From Monocercomonoides exilis PA203 (lineage: Eukaryota; Protista; Preaxostyla), in NCBI GenBank assembly GCA_001643675.2, contig LSRY02000035.1:62001-126000 (forward strand): DNA of 64,000 nucleotides, in the 5' to 3' direction. The notes under the pieces were generated by a model. That model saw nothing but the letters and a program-made list of their open reading frames with translations. It was not told the DNA's origin and ran no database searches. Each line of letters starts with the position of its first letter. Within the stretch, counting starts at the first letter, position 1. The position numbers and the translations under genes are program-made. Shown here piece by piece: positions 12,598 through 25,174 of the stretch.

Positions 12598-13417
12598 TAC
12601 TTTCTTCTCTCATCTTTTGCTTAATCTTGTTTTTTTCTTTCTTCATATTTTTTTTTTCTTTTAACTCCAGTTATAAAAAAATATATCCCCTTAAAATTGT
12701 TTCAAATATTCAGATATTCTTTTTGTTACCGAAATTTCAATCGTTCATTGACTATGCCATTGAATGTCACAGGAAAAAAATAAATTTATGAATTTTCAAT
12801 AAAAAACAAAAATTAAATCATTTCAAAGATCAAATCTATTTGTTACAAACACAATAATTGAAATATATATTGTATGTTAAATGCTGAATGAAATAAAAGA
12901 CAAATGAAAAGAAGGAAAATAATACGATTCAAAAAAATTTCAAATCATCAAAAATCAAAAACAAAACCATATCCAGCATGCAACACCTGTGGAAACTTCT
13001 AATTCTTCTTCCGATCTTCTATGTTTGTTGTCGTTGCTATATTGCTTATCTCGAGAAATCTCAAAAAAAATTGAAAAGAATGAAAAGCTTCCATTCATGT
13101 GTGTTCATGAACAATTAAATATTTAAAGAAAATGAAACTTATTAAAGATAGAAAATTTATATTCTTCGAACATCAAAAAGTTTGCACGACCGAATAATAC
13201 GCAGCAAAAAAGAAAATGCTTTATGTTCGAACAATTATGGTTATTTTCGAAAATTGAATCAATCCAAATTTGCGTATTAAAAATATTACAAAAAAATGAT
13301 GATTTATCATATTAATTAATTTCCAATGTATTTAAAAAGTTGTCCCACAAAAATTCAAAAAAAAAAGATCAAACATTGAACGAGATTATCATCTCAAAAA
13401 AAATTTCCCATATGATA
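10587..13417 (+). repeat. Right arm of the long inverted repeat (~2.83 kb)
   Basis: AATTTACCAGAATGTCC...CCCATATGATA is the reverse complement of 2064-4916. Confidence 0.97.
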
Positions 13418-13987
13418 TTTTTCTAAATAGTGCATTATTTGAACATAAGAAAAAGGTGTTAATAATATTAGATTTGTTTGTATTTCAGTTTTACTAAATA
13501 ATGGTGAGGTGTGAAATCCAAAGAAAAAAAAGAGTTCTCATTGTTTAAAAATAACCAAAAATAAAAAAAAGAAAAGTTTAATAACAACATCAACAAGAAA
13601 AACTATCAAATTCAAAAGCTCGTGATAATACGAGCATGTCTTTGATCTCATTTGTAAAATAATAATTTCAAGATCTTTTTAGTAAAATGGTAAAAGTAAA
13701 AAAATATTCTCTGAAATAGTAAATAATGATGTTTTCAAGGTTTCTGTTTATTTTTCTTTATTTGCAAATGCTTAAAAAACCAAAAAATTTTAGGTACCAA
13801 TAAAAATAATTGGTACCAATTAAAATATGACCCTAAATAAAACAATTGTGATTTTCACTTATTTTTAAAAGAATGACTATTTCAATTGACTTTTGTCTCA
13901 TAGAAATCTTTTCAAGAACGAAATTTGAAAAACAATGAATTTCGAAAGTTCAAATTTTCAAAATGCAATTATTGGATGAAATTTAAT

Positions 13988-16774
13988 TCATATTGATAAT
14001 TTCATTTTTTTGAATTCTTCCAAAAATCCTTTGTATTCAAACATTTTATTCCAAATTCCTTCAATCGAATCCGCTGCGCTCTTAACAAGTGACTTACTGA
14101 CTTTTCCGTCATCCATCAATTCAAAGTCCTTTATAAGCTTTGGTATTTCTTCCATTTTTTCTTTTGCAATTATGAATTTCATAATGATTTTTGTATTTTC
14201 ATCTATATTTTCTGGTTGTGATTCTATGTGTTTCTCTTTTCCTCTATATTTGCATTCCATCGAAACTGAAAATTCTTCAAAATGTTTGAACTGATGTTCC
14301 AAATGAGCTGATTGATCTGATAATTGTGAATTTGATAAACAATCAGGTGAAACTGACGATGATGCAGTCGAATCATAAGCTCCTTTTTGTTCGTTTGATT
14401 TTCTTTGACTTGTAACATTATTTCTTTGTGTTGTGCGTGCAGTGCTGTTTGGCTTTGATGAATAGAGTTTGATTTTTTCTGCCACTGTTAAACTTCTTTC
14501 TTCATTTCTTGGTGATGAATGTTCATCATAACCTTGGAAAGCACTTGACATTTTTTGATCCTTCTTCTTTTCATTTGAATCTGAACAGTGAACATTTGTA
14601 TTGCTTCTGTAAGTTGTTTCATTTGCAGGTATCATTCTCCATTTGTCAAACAGTTTTTTGAAAGTGAACATCGGAAAAGATGAACTTATCTTTTCATCTT
14701 TCATATTTGTTCCTTTTGTTTTTGTTGCAAACATAGAATCAATTCCTGCTTCAAACTTATTTGAAGAAGATGAAGTTTCAAATGATTTTTCTTTTTTCGT
14801 TGTCCATTCAGTTTTTTCATTTGGTATTTTTGATACATGCAATTTTGCAAAAAGATACATTTGTTCGATGATTTTATAATTATTTTCCCATTGTTCATCG
14901 CATTCCCTGCAAAACTCTAAACATTTTTGCAACCTTGAACTCCTATTGATCCATTTCTCCTCCTCATTTTTCAAATATTCTATCCGCTCCTCCATATCCC
15001 TCTTCTTTTTTTCATTTGTGTTTATCTCATCCTTTTTCCTGTCGTTACGTTTTTGGACCATATCTAATTCTCTTTTCAATGTATCAATACTTATTCCACA
15101 TTCCTCTTTTCTGTTTTCGCACTCTTTCACTTTGATCTGATATTCTTGTATCTTCTGTCTATTTGAAGGAATATCACGCTTTGGGGCAAACAGATCAATT
15201 TTCCCTTCACAGACACTTGAATCGTTTAAAAATGCTGTTGGAATTCCAAATCCCATCACAGCTCCAACAACATTAAGAGCACGCCTTAATGCTTTTGGTG
15301 CTTTGAAAACTCCTCTCAAGACCCCATCTTTGATGCAAACTTCTTGTTCTTCCTTGTCGTTGTATGTGTATTTATTTCCAGCAGTGAAAAAGCAAGTGGC
15401 ATTTGGAACATTGATTGGTCTCTCTATGACAACTTCATTTGATGCATAATTGTCAAATTCACAGAATTCAATTGTGTCAAATTTCACGGTTTCAGGTTGA
15501 TCAAGTTCATTGATCCTTTTTTGATATTCGACAATATCATCATTGCATTGCTTGATAGTGTTTTCTTGATTTTTGATTGTTGTTACGATTGATTCTTCTG
15601 ATTCAAAAGTGATGTTTCTCAGTTTATCCTCCAATTCCTCAACATCGTCGCTCACTTCTGAATACAACTTTTCCGAATCTTTTGCAAAATCTTCACATGC
15701 ACTAAATATTTGTGGTTGAAAATCTGGTATCTGTTTCCTCCCTCTCATGGCTAATACAAGCCAATATAGCTTGCTCGCCATCGATGAGGCAAATTCCATA
15801 AACCAGTGATAAGAGTTGCATTGATCAAGACTGACATCATTGGGGCTCCGATAATTGTCCAGATTATTTATCTCGTCTTTAATTGGTTCCTCAGATCCGT
15901 CGAGTGTCGGATCATAGTAGATTAGTCTGCCATTAGCGTGAGCCTTCTTCCACACAAGAAGTGTCTGAAGTTGATTCAAGCTTCTCCTGATTTCCTCTCC
16001 TTGCACACCTGTTGCTCCTTTCGCTTTTTGCAGAAGAATTCCAATTTTTTGTTCAAGAGATTGTGCTGCTTTAATTTCCGGAAACTTCTTTTCGATTTTA
16101 TCCACTGTTGTTTTTTCCAGTACTGTAAATTTTCCTATCAAACTTCCTTGAACCTTCTCTATAATTTCTGATGTTTCCTTATGTTGAATTTGCATTTTAT
16201 GCAGCCAAAATTCATTGCATTTGTTTGCAACGAACACAACTGGTAGTTCTTTGTTTTTCAAAATTTCGTTTATACACTTCATATCATCATATGCATTTGT
16301 CAAATTGTGGTAGTTTTCATATTGAGAAATATACACAATCATCACTTTTGATGCATTTCTCTGGAAGAACTGTAATATAAGTGAGTTGATAATTTCTTCT
16401 TTCACATCCACTTCTCCTCCGAGAAAGCCTCTGGTGTCCAATAACAAAATATCCTTATCCCACTCGTAAACTTCTGCTATCTTTGTTTGAGCCGCAACTC
16501 CACTTCCCATTTGAGCTGTTTTTTCCAATTTTGTTTTCACTACCAAATCTCCATTGTCATTCGCTTCCATTTTCATCCCTCTTAACTTGTTTATCAAGGT
16601 ACTTTTTCCAACCTGGCTCCTTCCAAGAACGATCGCCATGTTTTTGCCTGATCCGCAATTGCGACATCTCTCGTAAAACTCTTTCAAAATATACAAGAAG
16701 TCTTCTTGCGAGAACTTCACCTTCCCTCCATTTGTTTTCTCATCTGCCATATGATCTATAAGAGACATTTTCAA
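13988..16774 (-). CDS. TRAFAC-class P-loop GTPase (AIG1/MMR_HSR1/dynamin-like fold) with long coiled coils
   Basis: Intronless 928-aa ORF. G1 GRSQVGKST, G3 LLDTRG, G4 VANKC. Heptad-rich segments flank a hydrophobic ALNVVGAVMGFGIPTAF stretch. Confidence 0.8.
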   Translation of the reverse strand: MKMSLIDHMADEKTNGGKVKFSQEDFLYILKEFYERCRNCGSGKNMAIVLGRSQVGKSTLINKLRGMKMEANDNGDLVVKTKLEKTAQMGSGVAAQTKIAEVYEWDKDILLLDTRGFLGGEVDVKEEIINSLILQFFQRNASKVMIVYISQYENYHNLTNAYDDMKCINEILKNKELPVVFVANKCNEFWLHKMQIQHKETSEIIEKVQGSLIGKFTVLEKTTVDKIEKKFPEIKAAQSLEQKIGILLQKAKGATGVQGEEIRRSLNQLQTLLVWKKAHANGRLIYYDPTLDGSEEPIKDEINNLDNYRSPNDVSLDQCNSYHWFMEFASSMASKLYWLVLAMRGRKQIPDFQPQIFSACEDFAKDSEKLYSEVSDDVEELEDKLRNITFESEESIVTTIKNQENTIKQCNDDIVEYQKRINELDQPETVKFDTIEFCEFDNYASNEVVIERPINVPNATCFFTAGNKYTYNDKEEQEVCIKDGVLRGVFKAPKALRRALNVVGAVMGFGIPTAFLNDSSVCEGKIDLFAPKRDIPSNRQKIQEYQIKVKECENRKEECGISIDTLKRELDMVQKRNDRKKDEINTNEKKKRDMEERIEYLKNEEEKWINRSSRLQKCLEFCRECDEQWENNYKIIEQMYLFAKLHVSKIPNEKTEWTTKKEKSFETSSSSNKFEAGIDSMFATKTKGTNMKDEKISSSFPMFTFKKLFDKWRMIPANETTYRSNTNVHCSDSNEKKKDQKMSSAFQGYDEHSSPRNEERSLTVAEKIKLYSSKPNSTARTTQRNNVTSQRKSNEQKGAYDSTASSSVSPDCLSNSQLSDQSAHLEHQFKHFEEFSVSMECKYRGKEKHIESQPENIDENTKIIMKFIIAKEKMEEIPKLIKDFELMDDGKVSKSLVKSAADSIEGIWNKMFEYKGFLEEFKKMKLSI

Positions 16775-17197
16775 TGACTAACTCAAATATTTATTCACTC
16801 CCATATTACTGTTTGAATGGATTCTTTTATTTTGGGCGTTAAGAATTAATCCAGTCCCATTGCAAAATCCGTAATTCTTGCAGAAAAAGCAGCAGTCAGA
16901 GAATATGCACAATGCAATGTTCATAACACCCGCATTGATTTCAATGAGAGAAGAAGTATCATTTTTGAAAGCTCGTTGAAACACAGAAATTGGAGCAAGA
17001 TCGAGTATGGAACATGTTTCGGCACTCTTTGAGCTCCATCATCAGCTTGAGAAGACTGTTCCACAAATCAAGTCCATTTAATTATTGTCAATCAGACAGA
17101 AAAAACTGTTATTCATTGCTCTTTTAACACAAAAAAAGGAGATATCCTTCCTTTATGCAGACATGTGAATATTTAGCGAATAACGTTTATGTGAATA

Positions 17198-19981
17198 TTA
17201 AAAACGAGCAGCATCAACGGAGATAATGGATACAAATGCACTTTTATAATGTATTGAAGAAATACAAAGGATGTGGAAATTTGTATTTAAAAATAAATAG
17301 CAAAAGAAAAATATAATCCAAAGATGAAAAGAAAATGATGTTTTAACAGAATGAGCCTTGAATGGAAGAGCAATAATCATTTCTGGTTTGTCATCATTCT
17401 CTCTATTGATTTCAAATTGCAATTTCAATCGTTGGTGCACTGGCAAAGAAGTCATTTTCTGTTTGTTGTGACATCTATCAGTTGATTTATCGTCTTCAGT
17501 TGGCGAATTGTAATGGGAAATGAACACATAAAGGAGGGGATATTCCGACAAGATAACTCCATTGTGCGCGAAGATAAGGTGATGCGAACCCAATGATTAT
17601 GAGGCAAGAAATGCTGGAGGATCTTCATCTCTGAATGATTTTGAAGCGTCACGATCAGGACATGTGGGAGCAGAAAAGAAAGAAGGCAATAATCAGTGAC
17701 AGCTCAACTGCAATCCCATTTTGTGTCCAATGACAAATTCTGGCGCCAGAAAGATGATTTGCCAAAGTGTTCCAGCAGCATTCACAGCTGTGGCTATTCA
17801 CTTTCTCCTTTTTCATTGCTCAGCATCTGCAAGGCAAGGAGGATTGAATATGGAGCCAGATAAGCAAACATCTCTCTGCGACAGACTTGGTGTACATTCT
17901 ATTTTCCTTTGCGAGTGACGATGGTTGGCCAACCATCCCTTCGATCGTTGTGTGCACCTGAATGAAAGGCACAAACATTTTGTATAAAGTGATTTGTTCC
18001 AGAAGGAGCACATCTCAGATTCCGATGAAATGGGAGCGGAGCTTTCATGGGAATAGAGTTCTTCAGGAAATACAAAAAGAAGGGGCAGATAGCGCATAAA
18101 GGAGAAGAGAGATCGGCATGAGCAGAGGATTACGGGAATGCCACGAAGGAGATTCGTTTGAAGAGCGAGTCAGGGTCATGCCTGGGCGTGGCAGTGGTAG
18201 TGGCGAGCATGAAACAGGTGGCGTCGATAACTACAATACTCGGCAGGAGGCGCGGAGGCGAAGAAGAAAACAGCTAGTGCTGGGAGAGAAGAAGATGAAA
18301 GTTGTGGAGAGAGGAAGGACGATGAGCATGATTGAGACGAACTCGCTTTCTTCGTCTTCAGTAACACTATTCGGCGTGTCGTGCTGGCCGATTGATGCGC
18401 TGCACCTGGAGAGCGATCGAGGAGCAACAAGAAGCCCATCGCCGAGTGTACTTCCAGTGTCACTGGAAGAAGCAGCGATTAGATGAGATGCCGAGGGAGG
18501 CGCATGCGATGGAATCGTTAATACGCTTGATGCCTCTTTCACAGCCCGAAACAAGCAACAATGTGACAAAAAAACTCAATGACAGAAATCAAAGAAAATA
18601 TGATCATTTGAAAGCCATTGATTTCTTAGCCTGATTTGTCCATCGCTTTATCGCCTTCTTCGTCAGCACCAGAGCTCGGAAAGAGTGTCCTCTAGAGCGC
18701 AGCAATTCGGAGCATGAAGAGGGAAGCATGAGAAATTTCGATGGCATTGATAGAGGTTGAAGCAGAAGAGAGGCATCTGTGGGCGCGGAACTTGACGGCA
18801 AAAGAGGATGATGAGCGAGAGAAGGAAGGGTGGAGAACACAAAAACAAGTCTGAACTGGCATGCAGATGTTGTTGCGAATGGATTATGCGTGCTGAAGAG
18901 ATGAATTCAGAGGATTTTGGGGGATTTCTCGAGTCAGGTATTGTTTTCGCCATTGCCTTTTTGCAAAAACAGAATTCGGGGCTGAATTGTTGTTCCCTGC
19001 AACAAAGGCAAAGCATCTTTCTTTAATTTTTCTGGTTTTCTATTTTTAATTGAAGGAAAGACAGTCCAAAAACAAAATTTGTTTGTTCATTCAAGGAATT
19101 TTCATTGAAATGGAGCAAACAGTTATCAAAAGCATTCACACCAACCGCTGACTTGTATTCTCGTTGCTCATGCAAGCTTGCACAAGTGCTGCAATCATCT
19201 CCAAAAGCCAAGAGACGAACGTTCATTGGCCAATCAAAACAATGTCTGCTTCCAAGTTCAGAGAAATTCAAATGGGGCGCCTTGCTATGTCTGTCAAATT
19301 GTTGATTAGAGTCTTCCATTGTTCCAAAGTGTTTTGCAATTGTTTTCGATCATTTGATTTTTCGCTTCCATTTTCGGTGCTCATCTGCCCACACGAGAAA
19401 TCAGCAATTGGGAGGCAAACATGCATGTTATCTGAGCAGTTTATTTCAGGATCAAAATAAGCGCCCATATCAAAATTTTTAGCCAGATTTGATCTGATTA
19501 ATTATTTGCAAAAATAGAAAGAAAGGAAAAAAAAGTTGATGTTGGCAGCAAACAACCGACATAACATTTAAAAATGCTCAAGCGTGAGGGGAAGCAGAAT
19601 GGAAGCGGGCAGAGGGGCAGAGGGGCAGAGGGGCAAAGGAGCAGCAGCTGTGAATTGGGTTGAACATGCAAAAGGGAGGGATGTGACACCTGAATTGGCG
19701 CCAAAAACGGAAGGGCAATGGCCCCTCGCACAGGATCCGTTGGATTGAAGCGCAGCTGCTCGGAGCGTGTGATAGATGATTTCATGCCGAAGGATGCAGA
19801 TGGATTGACGGACAAAGGCTGCAAAGCAGGGAAGATTTGCTGGAGCAGAACTGCCAGGATGGCGGGAGGCAAACCGTTCAAATATCAAATGGTGCGAGTT
19901 GCTTGAAGACAAAAACTCCATTCGATGAAGCCGTTGAGGCATTTGAATGAACTGATTTATTTTCATGTTCTGCAGAATCAT
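17198..19981 (-). pseudogene. Fragmented coding-like region, unknown product
   Basis: GC content is higher than the flanks, with a chain of short minus-strand ORFs broken by stops and frameshifts. No motif recognised. Confidence 0.3.
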
Positions 19982-21390
19982 GTTTTATTTTTTTTGCCTT
20001 TAATTTGTTTTTTATTTTTTTTATTTTTGTTCGAAAAACACAAGTATCTCATAATTTTCGCAGTTTCTGGCTCCACTTGATGTTTTTATTTGGCCAGTTT
20101 ATTTTATTGCAGTTTCCGATGCCTCACGTTCTTGTTTCTGATATGATTTTTTATTGCAAATAAAACACATCAACCAAAATAATCTTTTATGCTTTTCTTT
20201 TTTTTATGTTACTTGCAAATAAACAAACAGGAGCTGATTGATCCGAGGCTTAGAAATGAAGAAGCGCATGGAGCAATGGAAAGTATTTGAACCTCTTCAT
20301 TGGATATCAAAAAGGAAACGAATGAAGATAATTCAAGAATCATCTGCTTTTTTTGAGTGGAATGATCAGAATCGAAGCAATTTCCTTTTGCAGACTGTGC
20401 AGGATAAAGGCGTTGTGCAGGTGTTGGATGTGGGCAGAATTTTTGAAAAATGGTTTTTGTTTTGTGCCGAAAGGGACAGAATTGAAAGGAAAGCATGCGC
20501 CTCACTTTCTTTGCAGAAAACTCGGAAAATTGAAGTGTTTTTTGGAGGGAAGACTCCAGAAATTGATTATTGACAAATTCACCTCAAAAATTGTTGGATT
20601 TTGAAGAAGCAAATGGAAATGGTGGATTTGTGGAGATTCGGAGGAGGAGACATTTGGCTGCATCGCGAGGTGACTTTGAAGGCTGATTTCAAGTATGTCT
20701 TGATGGTTTGCTGCTATTTTGTTTTATTAATGTATTTCTGAGATATTCATCGATGTAAATGGATAATTTTAGGAGGAAGGAGAAATTGGGTTGTTTCAGA
20801 GAGATCAAAAACATTTACAATGAAAAAGATGAAGATGAGGAAGGAGGAGGAGGTGGAGGAAGAAGGGGGAAATGAAGATGATAATGTTGAATTGCTTTGT
20901 GGAATATCACTGCTTGAAGAAACTGGATGTGCTTCTGCTTGTTTTTGTTCTTATTTTGTTGATGTTGATGCTTTCGCTATCTTATTTGTGCCCTTTTCAA
21001 CATTTTCCACTGAATTTTCGACTTTTTGTTCTTTTGTTGTTCTTTTCTGTATTTTTATCTCTGTTTTCTTGTTGAGGTTTGATAGTGTTTATCTTTTTGC
21101 TCTTCCCTGTGTCTCCGATTGACAGCGCATTTTCGTGTTTGCTCGATTTCTTCAACCGCTGCCTCTTCTTCTTTTTCCTTTTCTTGTTCTTGTTCTTTTT
21201 CCTCATCATTTTCATCTTCTTCTAACTCCAGGAAGGCATCTTCGTTGTCTAAAACTATCAGCTCTTGCTCCTCTTCCTCTCCTCTTCCTCTATCTCATCA
21301 TCATCATCCTCCTCTTCCTCTTTCTCACTTTCTTCCTTTTTTGTTCTGTCTATCTTTTCCTCTTCTTCTTCTGCTTTTTCCTCCTTCTCC

Positions 21391-22203
21391 TCCTCCAACA
21401 TCCTATTAGCCTCTCCTGACTGCTCTTCTTCTCTCTCGCCGACGCTCCTCGTCCGCATGATGCATCTGCTGCTGACGCTTTTTGAGGAAACTGAGATGAA
21501 GCATGCGATGGACGACTCGTATTTGCTGCTGCAGAAGGCGGCAGAGATCGAAGAAGTGAGGAACAATAACAGCAGCAGCAGCAGTGGAGGAAGAGGAGGA
21601 GGAACAGGCAGAGGAGCCAGTATAAAGAGGAAGAATGCGAAGAAAGAGAAGAGAAGAGAAGAGAAGAGGCAAAACAAGGAGAAGAAGAAGATGATGATGA
21701 TGGAGAAGAAGAAGCATAAACAAAGAAGAAGAAGAAGAAGAAGAAAGATGATATGAATAAATTTTATTATTGTTATTTTTATTATTGGAAGAAGACAAAG
21801 AAGAAGAAGAATACGAAGAAAAATAATAAAATTTATTCATATCAGCTTTCTTCTTCTTCTTCTTCTTCTTTGTTTATGCTTCTTCTTCTCCATCATCATC
21901 ATCTTCTTCTTCTCCTTGTTTTGCCTCTTCTCTTCTCTTCTCTTCTCTTTCTTCGCATTCTTCCTCTTTATACTGGCTCCTCTGCCTGTTCCTCCTCCTC
22001 TTCCTCCACTGCTGCTGCTGCTGTTATTGTTCCTCACTTCTTCGATCTCTGCCGCCTTCTGCAGCAGCAAATACGAGTCGTCCATCGCATGCTTCATCTC
22101 AGTTTCCTCAAAAAGCGTCAGCAGCATATGCGTCATGCGGAAGAGGAGCGTCGGCGAGAGAGAAGAAGAGCAGACAGGAGAGGCTAACAGGATGTTGGAG
22201 GAG
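21391..22203. repeat. Hairpin / inverted repeat, ~380-bp arms with a ~50-bp loop
   Basis: 21391-21771 is the reverse complement of 21822-22203 with a few substitutions. ORFs 21406-21840(-) and 21753-22187(+) mirror each other. Confidence 0.95.
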
Positions 22204-22298
22204 GAAGAAGAGGAAGAAGAGGAAGAAGTGGAAGAAGAGGAAGAAGAATATGTTTGTGATGATGATGATGAGGCAAACAATGATGCATTCTGATTAAA

Positions 22299-22633
22299 TC
22301 AAGCCCAGCTCTGTTTTATCGATTCAACAAACATCGCTTCATCCTCGCTCAATTCAACTTTCTCAAATTCATCTTTCTTTTTTCCTTTCTCTTTCGAATG
22401 TTCATCTTTTTTCTCTTCCTTTTTGCTTCTCTCTTTCTCATCCTCTTCATCGCTCGACACTTCAATCAATTCGTTTCTTCTTCCTTTGTTTTCTTCTTTT
22501 TCAACTTTCATTTTGTTTTCGCCTTTTTCTTCAATCTTTGTTTTCTCCTTCGCTTTCTCCTCTGTTCCCTTCTTCTCCTTTCGTTCCCTTTTGCCTTCGT
22601 GTTCTTCCTCTGCCTCCATCTTTCTTGCCTTCA

Positions 22634-22669
<36 letters not shown>

Positions 22670-24095
22670 CACTTTCCTCTCATCCTGCAGCACTTTCTCC
22701 AGACAACCCACCACTCTTCCTCTTCCCAGCACAACAGAGTCCACAATGTGGCGTATCTCCCTTTTCCTTTTCAGTTTCATCTTCCCCTTCGATCCCGTCT
22801 CAGCAGCGGTTCCATCTTCTTCTTTGCTCTCTCTGTTTTCTCTTCCTCCTCCAATGCTTCTTCCACCACCACCACCACCTCCTCCTCCTCCTCCTCCGTA
22901 TGCATCTCTCGCTTCTCTTCCCTCCAGCCCCAAAGAAAATGCCGTAAAAGACGAGTTTTGGAGTGTTGTGCGTGCTTCCCGGAGAGCAAAGGGGACCAGC
23001 CCGCGTGCAGCAGCTGATCGCCCGCCCTGATACGACTTGGCTGACGACAGGCCAGAAAAGGAGGAGATGAGCGAAGACAGCGGAGACAGCGGCAGAGGTG
23101 GGAAGCAGCTTCCTTTGGAGAGAACAGCACACACTTGGGGCAGTGTTGGACATAGGCGAGAGAGAGGATGCAATGACGACGATGATGATGATAATGGTGA
23201 GGACGAGGAAGAAGAAAAAGAAGTGGAAGAAGATGCCGTCAAAGCAACTGTGGAAAGAAGCTTTGAAGCAACCTCTGGTGAAAGAAGACCAATCAGAGCA
23301 ACAAGAACATCGAAATGAGAAGATGAAAAAGACATTTTTGTCGTTCTTGTATTCGAGATTGGAAGAAGAGAAATCTGCTTGGCTGAATCAAAAGGATCAA
23401 ATGAACGTGCAAAGAATAGAGTGAGGTCGTTGCACAGCAATGAATTCTCATCGAAATGCTGGCTGAATGATGCGAGAGTGTTGAACAATCTCCTCGAAGA
23501 GCCACTTTCTGTCTGCTGCTCAAATGTTATCTTTCCCAAAAATGGAACTGAACTCTGGAAGAAAAAGGAGAGGAGGTTCAATGACAAACGCCGCACTGCT
23601 GGACGAATGTGGGAAAGGCCAGTCAGCAGTGCTGTGCGAAGAAGAGGGAGCTGAAGCGATAATAAGCTTCGCTGAGATGTTTTCACTGGTGAGAATCTGT
23701 CTTGTTCCATAGAGACTCTTGACTGCACAATCGATGTTTGTGTGATAGTTTGAATCAATTTGCTAAATGCATCCCTGACTGTTGGTTCTTCGTCAAACAA
23801 TTTTGCCATCGATTCTTCGATAATTCGCGAAATCGAACAAGTCAGAAAAAGAACGGATTATCGCCATATGTTTTGACCAGCTCTATAAGTCCATTTAGCG
23901 CATCTTCCCTCATGTGAAAGTTATAATGAGTTAATCTCGAAAGAAGATCTTCTATATTCAGATTTTCTGATGTAACAATTTCTTCCTTTTCGCTTAATGC
24001 TTTCTGATGTTTGAGATGCAACATTTTTGCTCTGATAGTCCCTGATAACGTCTTTGATTCCTTTGGTTTCGGAGTTAATTGAGTTTGTTTCCCTA
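22299..24095 (-). pseudogene. TEX10: TEX10/Ipi1-like (Rix1 complex) protein, frameshifted
   Basis: VTSENLNIEDLLSRLTHYNFHMREDALNGLIEL...ISRIIEESMAKLFDEEPTVRDAF matches the Ipi1/TEX10 N-terminus. Frameshifts at a T-run (~23848) and at the (AG)n tract (~22640) may be assembly errors. Confidence 0.65.
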
Positions 24096-24412
24096 TGTGA
24101 ATGATTGTTAATGAGTAATCGTCGAATATCTTGTAAATTTCTTATTGTTCAGCATTATTGTGTCTTTCATTGCGAGGAATGCCTAATAAATTGCATGCTC
24201 AATGAAATCTATTGGAGTTTGCTGAGTTGCCTTTGCGGAATGTCCATTGGAAATGCCTCAATTAAAACAGCAGATCATTTGTCTTTCCGTCAAACATATG
24301 ATTTGTCCGATGCAAAACGCCAGTTTTATTCTCATGCGAATCGAAAAATAATGAGCTTAAACTATCTTTTAAAGGCAAATATTAATTATTTCTAAAAATT
24401 ATTAAAAAAATA

Positions 24413-25174
24413 ATACAAACTGAAAATTCGCGTCTCGGAGTTTCAAAGCCTTTGGTAGCAATTCTAGCGTTTGTGTTCAAAGACGATTGTTCGCAAGTGT
24501 TGCTTGGGCTGAAGAAGAGAGGCTTTGGAAAAGGATTTTGGAATGGATTTGGAGGTTTGAGAACCATAAATCTTTGATTCAAATTTTTCAATGTGATGTT
24601 CTGTGCAATAATTTTGTTTTAGGCAAATTGCAAGCAGGCGAAACTATTGTTCAAGAAGCAGTTCGCGAATTTGTTGAAGAGTCGGGCATCAAAAAGAATG
24701 AAATTGACCTCCAAAAGCGAGGGATAATAATGTTTGAGTTCAAAAGAGCAGAAAAGCCCTCTTGGTTTTTTGAAGTGCATATTTACTCAACAACTTACAA
24801 CGATGAAGAAATCGTGGAAAGCGAAGAAATGAAGCGAGCGGTTGTCGGATTCCAAAATACCATTTGAATCCATGTGGGAAGATGATCGCTTTTGGCTTCC
24901 CTGCGTTCTCAGAGGTGGGTACATCATGAGGTTCTATCCTTACGATGACATTACCAAAAACATGTTAAGTGGCATCACAGAGATCGTTTTGCCGAATGAT
25001 CCAAGATTGTCTGAACTGGATTTGGATGTTGCCAGCCAATCATCAACAGCATCGCCTTCAGATTCCAGAAATGTCCAAAATATAGAACAAATACGTTCGT
25101 TGTACCAGACAGATTTCCCATGGATTTTCGTCAATGGATTGCAACTGGTGGATTTTTCCAACATTTATAAATAA
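24413..25174 (+). pseudogene. NUDT1: NUDT1/MTH1-like 8-oxo-dGTP diphosphatase (Nudix), frameshifted
   Basis: VLLGLKKRGFGKGFWNGFG, intron 24555-24622, then GKLQAGETIVQEAVREFVEESG (Nudix box) and ESEEMK...IPFESMWEDDRFWLP. Frameshift near 24835; no ATG visible. Confidence 0.85.

Noticed and set aside
2064-13417. Polinton/Maverick or a classical TIR transposon
   Set aside because: No polB, integrase, ATPase or capsid motifs and no TSD. The arms contain host-like gene sequence.
20209-21215. Possible gene fragments
   Set aside because: Short, broken ORFs with no recognisable motif on either strand.
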